Shown here one piece after another: positions 9,014 through 16,626 of a DNA stretch of 22,047 nucleotides. Every line of letters starts with the position of its first letter. Positions within the stretch are counted from its first letter, which is position 1. A program made the position numbers and the translations under genes. Origin of the DNA: an uncultured Janthinobacterium sp. (GTDB lineage: Bacteria; Vulcanimicrobiota; Vulcanimicrobiia; Vulcanimicrobiales; Vulcanimicrobiaceae); the NCBI GenBank assembly GCA_964658025.1, contig CAZZXB010000040.1, positions 1-22,047 on the forward strand, in the 5' to 3' direction. The notes below the pieces were generated by a model that was given only the letters and a program-made list of their open reading frames with translations, searched no databases and was not told the DNA's origin.

Positions 9014-9748
9014 GTGAACGCTTCCACGGAGCCGCGAACGCGCGCGGTCCGACACTTCGAATCGCTCTCCCTCGACCGCGACGCCCTCGACCACTTTTTC
9101 GCACGTGCGGAGGCGCTCGTCCCCGGAGCCGAACGCTCGATCGAGGTACGCGACGACGCCGGGCGGAGCGCGCGCTTTCGCACCGTCGACGAATTGATCA
9201 ACGCGCCGCACCTGCCGACGCGTCTGACCGACGTCGCGCTCGTCGTCGCGTCGCCGGAATCGGCGCCGTCGCCGCGGCGCGTCGCGTTCGTGCGCGGCGT
9301 CGCGGACGATCGGCCGACCCTTTCGGCCGACGGCGACGAAGTCTGGGCGGCGGCGGCCGTCTCGCTCGTCGGCGATGCGATCGACGTCTACGCCGTCCGT
9401 CGCGCGAAGCCCGAACCGCCGCCGATGCTGCCGTTCGGCGGCTTCGGCGGCGGCTTCGCGCTCGCGGGTGCGCTCGCGATCGCGGCGTATCGCGGGGTGT
9501 TCGCCGGGATCGTCGTCGCGATCGTGTTCGGTCTCGTGTGGTTCGCGCTCGACTTCATCGTCGCCGAAATCCGGCTGCGCTTCGTCGCGAAGGCCGCCCC
9601 GCCGCTCGAACTCGATCTCGTGGGCGAGCGCGCCCTGCCGCCGCCCGATCTCGGCCTCTGGCGCATCCTCCAGCTCGCGGCGCTCGCGGTCTGGATTCCG
9701 GCGTTCTATCTCGTCCTCGCCTTCGTCGTCCCGCACACGCCCCGGTGA
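9014..9748 (+). CDS. Hypothetical membrane protein (soluble N-terminal domain plus about 3 TM segments)
   Basis: 244-aa ORF with genome-typical codon use. Hydrophobic segments FALAGALAIAAY, VFAGIVVAIVFGLVWFAL and ILQLAALAVWIPAFYLVLAFVV. The TGA overlaps the next GTG. Confidence 0.75.
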   Translation: MNASTEPRTRAVRHFESLSLDRDALDHFFARAEALVPGAERSIEVRDDAGRSARFRTVDELINAPHLPTRLTDVALVVASPESAPSPRRVAFVRGVADDRPTLSADGDEVWAAAAVSLVGDAIDVYAVRRAKPEPPPMLPFGGFGGGFALAGALAIAAYRGVFAGIVVAIVFGLVWFALDFIVAEIRLRFVAKAAPPLELDLVGERALPPPDLGLWRILQLAALAVWIPAFYLVLAFVVPHTPR

Positions 9749-10140
9749 GACCGCGGCGCGTCGCCGCGTCGGTCGCGGCCGCCCTCGGCTGCTACGTCGC
9801 GGGCTTCATGTACCGCAAGGCGATCCGCGCCGAGCGCGGCGAGCTCGCCGAGCCGAGCATCGTGGAAAAGCCCGCGGCACGGATGTTTTTCGGGATCCCG
9901 AACGCGGCGATCGGGCTCGCCTACTACGGCGGCGTGCTCGCGGCGCTTCCGTTCGCGGACCGGCCGGTCGTGCGTTCCGGACTCCGCACCGCGGCGGGTC
10001 TCGCCGCGCTCCAGTCCGCCTACCTCGCGTACAGCCTGCTCTTCGTGACGCGGATGCCGTGCCCGTACTGCTGGAGCGGACACGCGATCAACGCGGTCCT
10101 CCTGGGTCTGTTTCTGACCGACGGCGACGTCGCGCGGTAA
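9745..10140 (+). CDS. Vitamin K epoxide reductase (VKOR) family protein, 131 aa
   Basis: Four TM segments, the VKOR signature FGIPNAAIGLAYY, and the active-site CPYC followed by xxxHxxN. The GTG start overlaps the upstream TGA (GTGA). Confidence 0.88.
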   Translation: MRPRRVAASVAAALGCYVAGFMYRKAIRAERGELAEPSIVEKPAARMFFGIPNAAIGLAYYGGVLAALPFADRPVVRSGLRTAAGLAALQSAYLAYSLLFVTRMPCPYCWSGHAINAVLLGLFLTDGDVAR

Positions 10141-10319
10141 CGCGCCGACGATCGCCCCGGCGGGTCGACCCGTCTCCGGCGGCGGCCCGACGCGCCAGCT
10201 CCTCTAGCGCTTCCGTTGCGCTTCGGTCGCGAGCCGAAAGCTTCGAGCCCGCTCGGAGCGCGCGGATTTGTCGGCGACCGGTTAACGCCCGCGCCCCGAG
10301 CGTCCGATAGAACCTTCAG

Positions 10320-11786
10320 ATGACAGCGCGCACACTTCGCGAGCCCGCGTTCCCGTTTTTCGGACGCCCGGGCGATCCGTTCGACGAACGCTCGGGCACC
10401 ATCGTCGTCGTGCCCTCCGACGGCGTGCAGGCGAGCTTGCGCCGCGTCCGGCGCCGTCCGGGAAGTCGTTTCGCGACGTACGCGCTCGAGGTCGAGAACA
10501 CGCTCGCGATCGCGGTCGAGTCCGCGACCTACGCGTTTTCGCCCGATCAGCCCGACGTCGCGGTCGCCTCGACGAAGCACGCGTTTCCGGCGCAATCGGC
10601 GTCGACCGCGATCCTCGAGATCGTGCTCCCGCGGCGGCGAAATTTCCGCGTGGTGAGCGAGATCCGCACCGATCGCGCGACCCTCGTCTTCCACGAAACG
10701 ATCGAGCCGCGCCGCGCGCGGGCGCTCTTTCTTCCGCTCGTCGCGCTCGCGTTCGTCGCGGCGCTCGCGCTCGCGTTCCTCGCGTCGCGGCCGGGCGTCG
10801 CGACGCTCCGCGCGCCGGAACGCGTCGAGATGGGGCGCACGTTCACCGTGGGCTACGACTTCGATCGCGCGAGCGCGGGCGCGTACACGATCCACGGACC
10901 GGACGGCATACAACTCGCCTCGGGACAATTATTCGCCGCGAGCGGCGCGTTCGAGCTCGCGATTCCGACGACGCCGGATTCCGCGACGTATACGATCCGC
11001 GTCGTCGCACGGAACGGCTTCGGCGAGATGGCGCGCGCGATCGCGATCGAGGCCGATCCCGCGCCGGTCGCCGTCGCGGCTCCCGCGCCGGTCCGCGCCC
11101 GGCCGCGTCCCGCCGCGACGTTGCCGCCGCTACGCGTCACGCGCCTCGCGATCGATCACGACACCGTCGTCGGCGGCGCGTCGATCTCGGTGAACTACGA
11201 GGTGCCGACCACGGAGGGTTCGATCCGTCTCATCGATCAGTACGGTACCGTCCGCGCGGAATCGTTGCTCGACCGGCGCGGGAACTCGATCGTGCTCGCG
11301 CCGTTCGTCGATCAGGACCAAGATTTCAAGATCGTCCTGCACGCGTCGCGCCGCGATCAACAGGTCGAGGCGAGCCTCCCCGTGCGGATCACGAAGGCGT
11401 TTTCGATCGACGATTTTCTCGCGAACGCCAGGCGCGAGAAGAAGGGGCCGATACTTCTCGTCTCCGCGAGCGTCGCGTCGGGCGATCCGATCCGCGTCGC
11501 GATCGTGCAGGGTCTGCCCGATCTCCATCTCTCGCTCACGGACGAAGGCGGCCGCGAGATCGGAAACGCCGACGTTCCGTCGGATCAAAATCTCGCGACC
11601 TTCACCGCGCCGAGCGTCGCGACGCCCGAGCACTACACGATCTCCGCGACGTTCAAGAAAGGCGTCTCCGAAGAGACGCTCATCCTACCGCTCGTGGTCG
11701 GCGTCGCCGCGCAACCGACGGCCCCGCCCGCGACGACCGCATCGACGCCCGAACCCACGGCGTCGCGGAACGCCGGGAAGCGTTAG
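10320..11786 (+). CDS. Hypothetical bitopic membrane protein with three beta-sandwich (MG/Ig-like) repeats
   Basis: 488-aa ORF with a single TM (LFLPLVALAFVAALALAFLA), a Pro/Ala linker, three internally similar beta-rich units and a Pro/Thr-rich tail. Confidence 0.8.
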   Translation: MTARTLREPAFPFFGRPGDPFDERSGTIVVVPSDGVQASLRRVRRRPGSRFATYALEVENTLAIAVESATYAFSPDQPDVAVASTKHAFPAQSASTAILEIVLPRRRNFRVVSEIRTDRATLVFHETIEPRRARALFLPLVALAFVAALALAFLASRPGVATLRAPERVEMGRTFTVGYDFDRASAGAYTIHGPDGIQLASGQLFAASGAFELAIPTTPDSATYTIRVVARNGFGEMARAIAIEADPAPVAVAAPAPVRARPRPAATLPPLRVTRLAIDHDTVVGGASISVNYEVPTTEGSIRLIDQYGTVRAESLLDRRGNSIVLAPFVDQDQDFKIVLHASRRDQQVEASLPVRITKAFSIDDFLANARREKKGPILLVSASVASGDPIRVAIVQGLPDLHLSLTDEGGREIGNADVPSDQNLATFTAPSVATPEHYTISATFKKGVSEETLILPLVVGVAAQPTAPPATTASTPEPTASRNAGKR

Positions 11787-11800
11787 CGCGACCGCTAACG
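11781..11800. terminator. Inverted repeat spanning both stop codons of convergent genes
   Basis: CGTTAGCG-CGAC-CGCTAACG, a perfect 8-bp stem. Confidence 0.35.
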
Positions 11801-12595
11801 GCCCGAGAACGTCGCGCCGCGGCGTTCGAGAAACGAGTTCACGCCCTCGCGCGCGTCTTCGGATCGATAGACTTCCTCGAGATCGGGGAGCAAGCGCGCG
11901 ACGCTCTTCGCGAAACCGTCCTCGAGCGCGATCCGCGCCGATCGGCGGGTCGCGGCGACCGCGATCGGCGCCATCTCCGCGATCCGCGAGGCGAGCGCGA
12001 TCGCGCGTCCGCGTTCGCTTCCGGCGGGCACGACTTCTTGCACGAGCCCGATCCGTAGCGCCTCGGCGGCGTCGAACTCGTCGCCCGTGAGGAGATGCTT
12101 CATCGCGTTGCCCCAACCGGTTTCGTGAACGAAACGGATCGTCGCGCCGCCGACGGGATAGAGACCGCGTTGCACCTCCATCTGCGCGAAGCGCGTGGAA
12201 TCGGCGGCGACGCGGACGTCGGTGTTGAGGATCAGTTCGATGCCGATCGTGTAGCAACGGCCGTGCACGGCGCTGACGATCGGCTTGCGGCGAAATTTTC
12301 CGTAGAGGCCCATCGCGTCGATGCCGTCGGCCTGCGCTTCGAGCGGGTTCTCGCCTTTCGCCCAGCGCTCGGCGAACTCGGGAAGGTTCACGCCGCCGGT
12401 GAAATCCTGGCCGTTCGCGCAGAGCACGCCGCAACGGATCTCCGGTTCGCGTTCGAGTTCCGCGACCGCCGCGTCGAGCGCGCGCATCATCGCGCCGTCG
12501 AAGGCGTTGCGTTTGCGCGGGCGGTCGAGCGCGATGACGAGAACGTGACCGATCCGTTCGGTCGTGACGCGCGTATCGTCGGACGAGCCGTTCAT
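11795..12595 (-). CDS. Crotonase/enoyl-CoA hydratase family protein (266 aa)
   Basis: Motifs LDRPRKRNAF, FTGGVNL, KPIVSAVHG, GIEL, FAQMEVQRG, LTGDEFDA and EDAREGVNSFLERR. ATG 12595 overlaps the SDR stop (ATGA). Confidence 0.93.
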   Translation of the reverse strand: MNGSSDDTRVTTERIGHVLVIALDRPRKRNAFDGAMMRALDAAVAELEREPEIRCGVLCANGQDFTGGVNLPEFAERWAKGENPLEAQADGIDAMGLYGKFRRKPIVSAVHGRCYTIGIELILNTDVRVAADSTRFAQMEVQRGLYPVGGATIRFVHETGWGNAMKHLLTGDEFDAAEALRIGLVQEVVPAGSERGRAIALASRIAEMAPIAVAATRRSARIALEDGFAKSVARLLPDLEEVYRSEDAREGVNSFLERRGATFSGR

Positions 12596-13470
12596 CTCGC
12601 CGCTCCCGCGAGTCCGTGGACGATCTCCGTGTCGCTGCGCGCGAAGGATGCGTCGGGGACGAAGAAGTCGGCGACGAGCGCGCCGCCGCCGGGCGCGTAG
12701 GGCGTGAAATCGGTAACGCCCTCGGCGCGGAGCACCTCTTCGTCGATGAAGAAGTTGCCCGTGCATTCGCGCGAGGGCCGTTGGAAGATCGCGTACGCCG
12801 CATCCGCGACGATCGCCGCCGTCCGACACGACCGCGCGACGCTCGCGCCGCCGAGCACGTTGCGCACGGCGGCCGTGTCGATCGCGGTCAGCGGCCAGAG
12901 CGAGTTCACGGCCACGCCGTCCCGACGGAATTCCTCGGCCATCCCGAGCGTGCAGAGCGACATGCCGTATTTGGCGATCGAGTACGCGACGTGCGGCGCG
13001 AACCACTTCGGGCTCAGGTCGAGCGGCGGCGAGAGCGTGAGGATGTGCGGATTCTCGGCCCGGAGCAGATGCGGTAACGCGGTTTTCGAGACGAGAAACG
13101 TCCCGCGCGTATTGATTCCCGCCATCAGGTCGTAGCGTTTCATATCGGTTTTCGGCGTCGCGGTGAGCGAGATCGCGCTCGCGTTGTTCACGCAGATATC
13201 GATGCCGCCGAACGCATCGACGGTTTTGGCGACGGCGGCTTCGACCTGATCTTCGAAGCGGATATCGCACACGAGCGCGAGCGCCTTACCGCCCGCCGCC
13301 TCGATCTCGGCCGCGGCCGTATGCACGGTTCCGGGGAGCTTCGGGTGCGGCTCGTCCGTTTTCGCGACGATCGCGACGTTCGCGCCGTCGCGCGCGGCGC
13401 GCAGGCCGATCTCGAGTCCGATCCCGCGACTCGCACCCGAGATGAATAACGTCTTGCCTCGTAAGCTCAT
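12592..13470 (-). CDS. Short-chain dehydrogenase/reductase, HSDL2/AtuG-like
   Basis: Rossmann motif SGASRGIG, the HSDL2-type KTxxPHPKLPGT signature, NNASA, catalytic YSIAK, NSLWP and TGNFFID. Confidence 0.93.
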   Translation of the reverse strand: MSLRGKTLFISGASRGIGLEIGLRAARDGANVAIVAKTDEPHPKLPGTVHTAAAEIEAAGGKALALVCDIRFEDQVEAAVAKTVDAFGGIDICVNNASAISLTATPKTDMKRYDLMAGINTRGTFLVSKTALPHLLRAENPHILTLSPPLDLSPKWFAPHVAYSIAKYGMSLCTLGMAEEFRRDGVAVNSLWPLTAIDTAAVRNVLGGASVARSCRTAAIVADAAYAIFQRPSRECTGNFFIDEEVLRAEGVTDFTPYAPGGGALVADFFVPDASFARSDTEIVHGLAGAAR

Positions 13471-13525
13471 GCGGCCGACGTTGGGCGCGTCGACCGAAAA
13501 CTCCGGCGAACGGCGCGCCCGAAGG

Positions 13526-13535
13526 AATATATATT
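13526..13535. promoter_or_regulatory. AT-rich palindrome AATATATATT; likely -10 element(s) or operator for divergent SDR and SBP genes
   Basis: A perfect 10-bp A/T-only palindrome in a GC-rich window. It provides TATATT (TANNNT) on both strands and lies in the divergent intergenic region. Confidence 0.5.
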
Positions 13536-13722
13536 ACCGCGTACGGCGAACGAGCACCGTCTGAAGATCGTCGCGAGGATTTCGAATCCGTTCTCGAAGC
13601 GACTCGCCGCGTGCGCGCGCGCGGCATTCGCGTGCGTCCTCGCGACGTCGGCCGGATGCGCTCGCTCGCCGGATTCCGGGGCCGCGCGCGTCTCGGGAAG
13701 TCATCCGTGGACGCAACCCGGC

Positions 13723-15237
13723 GTGCTCCGGATCGCGATGACGAGCATGCCCAATACGCTCGATACGGTGCTGCGCACGCAATACGCGGAATCGTTCGTC
13801 GGGCGTTTCATCTTCGACGGGCTCGTCGACACGCGGCCCGACGGAACGATCGTCCCGAAACTCGCGACGGTCGTGCCGACGCGGGCGAACGGCGGGATCT
13901 CGGCGGACGGCAAGACGATCACCTATCGCCTGCGGCACGGCGTGCGTTGGCAGGACGGCGTGCCGTTCACGAGCGCCGACGTGCGCTTCACGTGGCTCGC
14001 GTATATGAATTCGGCGAATAACGTCTCGATACGCGACGGGTTCGATCGCGTCGTCCGCGTCGATACGCCGGACGCGTGGACGGCCGTGCTCCATCTCGCC
14101 GCGCCGTATACGCCGATCGTCCGGCAGTTCGCGACGTCGGGCGGGATCGTTCCGGCGCACGCGTTCGCCGGCCCCGGAAAGCTGAACGATTCGCCGTTCA
14201 ACGCGTCGCCGATCGGACTCGGGCCGTTCAAGGTCGTTCGCTGGGCGCGGGGCGACCGTCTCGAACTCGCGGCGAACGACGCGTATTATTTGGGGCGACC
14301 GAAGATCCGCCGCATCGTGATAAAATTCGTGCCGAACGACGACACGGCGATCGACGCGATGCTCGCGCACGAAGCCGATTGGCTCTGGAACGGCTCGCCG
14401 TTCGCGTACCGTCGTCTGCGCGACGTGCCGACCGTGCACGTCGCCTCGATGCAGGCCAACGCGATTCAAGGCGTCGTTATGAACACGACCCATCCGCCGC
14501 TCGACGATCTCCGCGTGCGCCGCGCGATCGCCTTCGCGCTCGATCGCGCGGCGCTCGTCCGCAAGGTGACGTTCGGCGCGACCGATCCCGCGAATACCGA
14601 TCTGCCGTCGTTCATGCGTCCGGGATTCGACGAGCGCGCGGGTCAGCGTTACGATCCGGGCGCGGCGGCCGCGCTCCTCGACGCCGCCGGCTGGCGGCTC
14701 CGTAACGGGATGCGCGTGAAGGACGGACGGCCGCTCGCGCTCGGCGCCGTCTTCGTCGCCGGGAACGCGACCTCGTTAGCGGAGACCGTGCAAGTGCAGG
14801 CGATGTTGCGTGCCGTCGGCATCGCGATCGAGCCGAAGTCCTACGACGCGAACCAACTCTTCGCGCCCGCGCAGATGGGAGGAGTGCTCGAGAGCGGCAA
14901 GTTCGATCTCGACGTGAGCGGCTATTATTTCACGGACGATCCCGACGATTCGGCGGTGTTCTCGTGCGCGAACCGTTCGCCCGTCGGCTCGAACGATTCG
15001 CGCTACTGTAGTCGGCGCTACGAGATGTTGACGAATCGCGCGATCGCGACGCCGGACGGGCCGCAGCGCGCGCGGCTCTACGCCGGCATCGAGGAGACGC
15101 TCGCGCACGATGCGCCGTGGGCGTTCGCGTGGTGGCCCCGTCCGGCGCAGATCTACGATACCGATTTCAAGGGCTACGAGATCGCGCCCGGTCGCGTCTC
15201 GCTCGATCGACAGAATTGGTCGATCGGGACGCCGTGA
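13723..15237 (+). CDS. ABC transporter substrate-binding lipoprotein, family 5 (peptide/nickel); true N-terminus probably upstream (see finding)
   Basis: Motifs DGKTITYRLRHGVRWQDGVPFTSADVRFT, PIGLGPF, NDAYYLGRP, DLRVRRAIAFALDR and YDPxxAAALLDAAGW. In-frame upstream sequence encodes AAFACVLATSAG-C and HPWTQPG. Confidence 0.93.
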   Translation: MLRIAMTSMPNTLDTVLRTQYAESFVGRFIFDGLVDTRPDGTIVPKLATVVPTRANGGISADGKTITYRLRHGVRWQDGVPFTSADVRFTWLAYMNSANNVSIRDGFDRVVRVDTPDAWTAVLHLAAPYTPIVRQFATSGGIVPAHAFAGPGKLNDSPFNASPIGLGPFKVVRWARGDRLELAANDAYYLGRPKIRRIVIKFVPNDDTAIDAMLAHEADWLWNGSPFAYRRLRDVPTVHVASMQANAIQGVVMNTTHPPLDDLRVRRAIAFALDRAALVRKVTFGATDPANTDLPSFMRPGFDERAGQRYDPGAAAALLDAAGWRLRNGMRVKDGRPLALGAVFVAGNATSLAETVQVQAMLRAVGIAIEPKSYDANQLFAPAQMGGVLESGKFDLDVSGYYFTDDPDDSAVFSCANRSPVGSNDSRYCSRRYEMLTNRAIATPDGPQRARLYAGIEETLAHDAPWAFAWWPRPAQIYDTDFKGYEIAPGRVSLDRQNWSIGTP

Positions 15238-15303
15238 TCGACCGGGCGGTTCTCGAGGGTTCGCGGCCGACGCGAGCGCCGAGATGCGGCCCGATGGGAG
15301 TCG

Positions 15304-15347
15304 TCTCACGAATCTCACAAGCGCCGCGCGTCCGTTCGCGCTACGCT
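15304..15347 (+). promoter_or_regulatory. Putative RND operon promoter: TCTCAC direct repeat plus -10 TACGCT
   Basis: TCTCAC-GAA-TCTCAC at 15304-15318 and TACGCT at 15342-15347, 7 nt before ATG 15355. No SD sequence. Confidence 0.45.
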
Positions 15348-15354
15348 CGCGCCG

Positions 15355-16626
15355 ATGTCGAATCGCCCGTCGCCGCTCCTCGCCCTCTCGCTCGTCGCCG
15401 CGATCGCCGGTTGCGCGCCGGCGCACGACGCTCCGGCCGCGCGTCCGCTACCGCGCGTGCCGACGGTCGTCGCGTCGCTCGGAACGCTCGCGCCGCAGAC
15501 GACGCTCGGCGGGATCGTCGCCCCCGAGCAGATCGTCGCGTTGCAATCGACGCTCGCCGAGCCCGCCGCGCGCGTGAACGTCCGCGAAGGCGACGTCGTC
15601 CGTGCGGGGACGGTCCTCGCCACGTTCGACGCGAGCGATCTGCTCGCGACGCTCGACGCGCAGACGGGGACGGCGGCGGCGGCGCGCGCGCGCGTGCGCC
15701 TCTCGGCCGCGCAAGCCGGGCTCGCGCTCGATCAGAACGCCAACGCCATCCTCACGGCGCAGACGGCACGCGAGCAGGCCGACGCGACGCTCGACATGGA
15801 GCGGCGCGATCTGCGGCGGCTCGCGGGTTTGCTCTCGCAGGGTTTCGTCTCGGTCCAAGCCGTCGACCAAGCGCGAACGCTCGCCGATAACGGCGTTCAA
15901 GCGGTGCGCGCGGCGGACGTCGCGCTCGCGAACGCGCGCGCGCAGGTCCGCGCGAACGGTTCGCTCACGAGCGGGTTGCAGGGCGCGACGGTCGCGGTCG
16001 CGCGGGGAGACGCGCGGGCGGCGGCCGGAACCGCCGAACAGATTCGCGCGCAGATCGCGAAGGCGACGATCGTCGCGCCGCTCGACGCCGTCGTCGTCAA
16101 CCGCAACATCAACGTCGGCGAGTATCCGAACGGCAAGACGCTCTTCGTCCTGCACGCGACGGGCGGTGCGTATGCCGTGCTCAACGGTTCGGCGACGCAG
16201 GTCGCCCGAATCCGGCGGGGCTCGCGCGCCGACATCGTCTTCGGCGACGGGCACGCGCGGAGCGGACGCGTCGTCGGCGTGCTCAGTCCGGTCACGCCCG
16301 GGTCGACGAACTTCGTCGTAAAGGTCGCACTCGGCGCGGACGACGCCCTCCGCGCGGGCGACGTCGTCACCGGCCGCATCGCGCTCCCCGTTCGTTCGGG
16401 CGTGCGCGTCCCCATCACCGCGTTCGTCGACGACACGCACGCGGCGCTGCAGATCGTGATCGCGAATCGGATCCGAACGGTTCGCGTGCGCGAGCGAGCG
16501 GAAGAAGGCGGTTCGGCGATCGTCGTCGGGCTCGCGCGCGGTGCGATCGTCGTACGCGACGGACAAGTCGGCTTGCGCGACGGACAAGCCGTCTCGGCCG
16601 TCCCCAGCGGCGCGGCGACGTCGTGA
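15355..16626 (+). CDS. RND efflux periplasmic adaptor (membrane fusion protein), lipoprotein
   Basis: Lipobox IAGC, lipoyl half-motifs VREGDVVRAGTVLATFD and IVAPLDAVV...VGE, a long alpha-hairpin, and C-terminal GLARGAIVV...LRDGQAV. Confidence 0.92.
   Translation: MSNRPSPLLALSLVAAIAGCAPAHDAPAARPLPRVPTVVASLGTLAPQTTLGGIVAPEQIVALQSTLAEPAARVNVREGDVVRAGTVLATFDASDLLATLDAQTGTAAAARARVRLSAAQAGLALDQNANAILTAQTAREQADATLDMERRDLRRLAGLLSQGFVSVQAVDQARTLADNGVQAVRAADVALANARAQVRANGSLTSGLQGATVAVARGDARAAAGTAEQIRAQIAKATIVAPLDAVVVNRNINVGEYPNGKTLFVLHATGGAYAVLNGSATQVARIRRGSRADIVFGDGHARSGRVVGVLSPVTPGSTNFVVKVALGADDALRAGDVVTGRIALPVRSGVRVPITAFVDDTHAALQIVIANRIRTVRVRERAEEGGSAIVVGLARGAIVVRDGQVGLRDGQAVSAVPSGAATS

Noticed and set aside
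8936..9736. N-terminal extension of thrS (848-aa ORF)
   Set aside because: It is the antisense shadow of the 9014-9748 gene, has no TGS-like sequence, and ATG 8935 has an SD-like motif.
10141..10319. GC-rich hairpins (CGGGTCGACCCG; GCTTCGAG-CCCG-CTCGGAGC) as a possible riboswitch or ncRNA
   Set aside because: No recognisable riboswitch consensus (c-di-GMP, SAM, TPP, cobalamin) by eye, and such stems are common at this GC content. An Rfam/Infernal scan would settle it.
12596..13270. 491-aa ORF implying an SDR-ECH fusion or frameshift
   Set aside because: Two complete genes with a standard ATGA overlap explain it.
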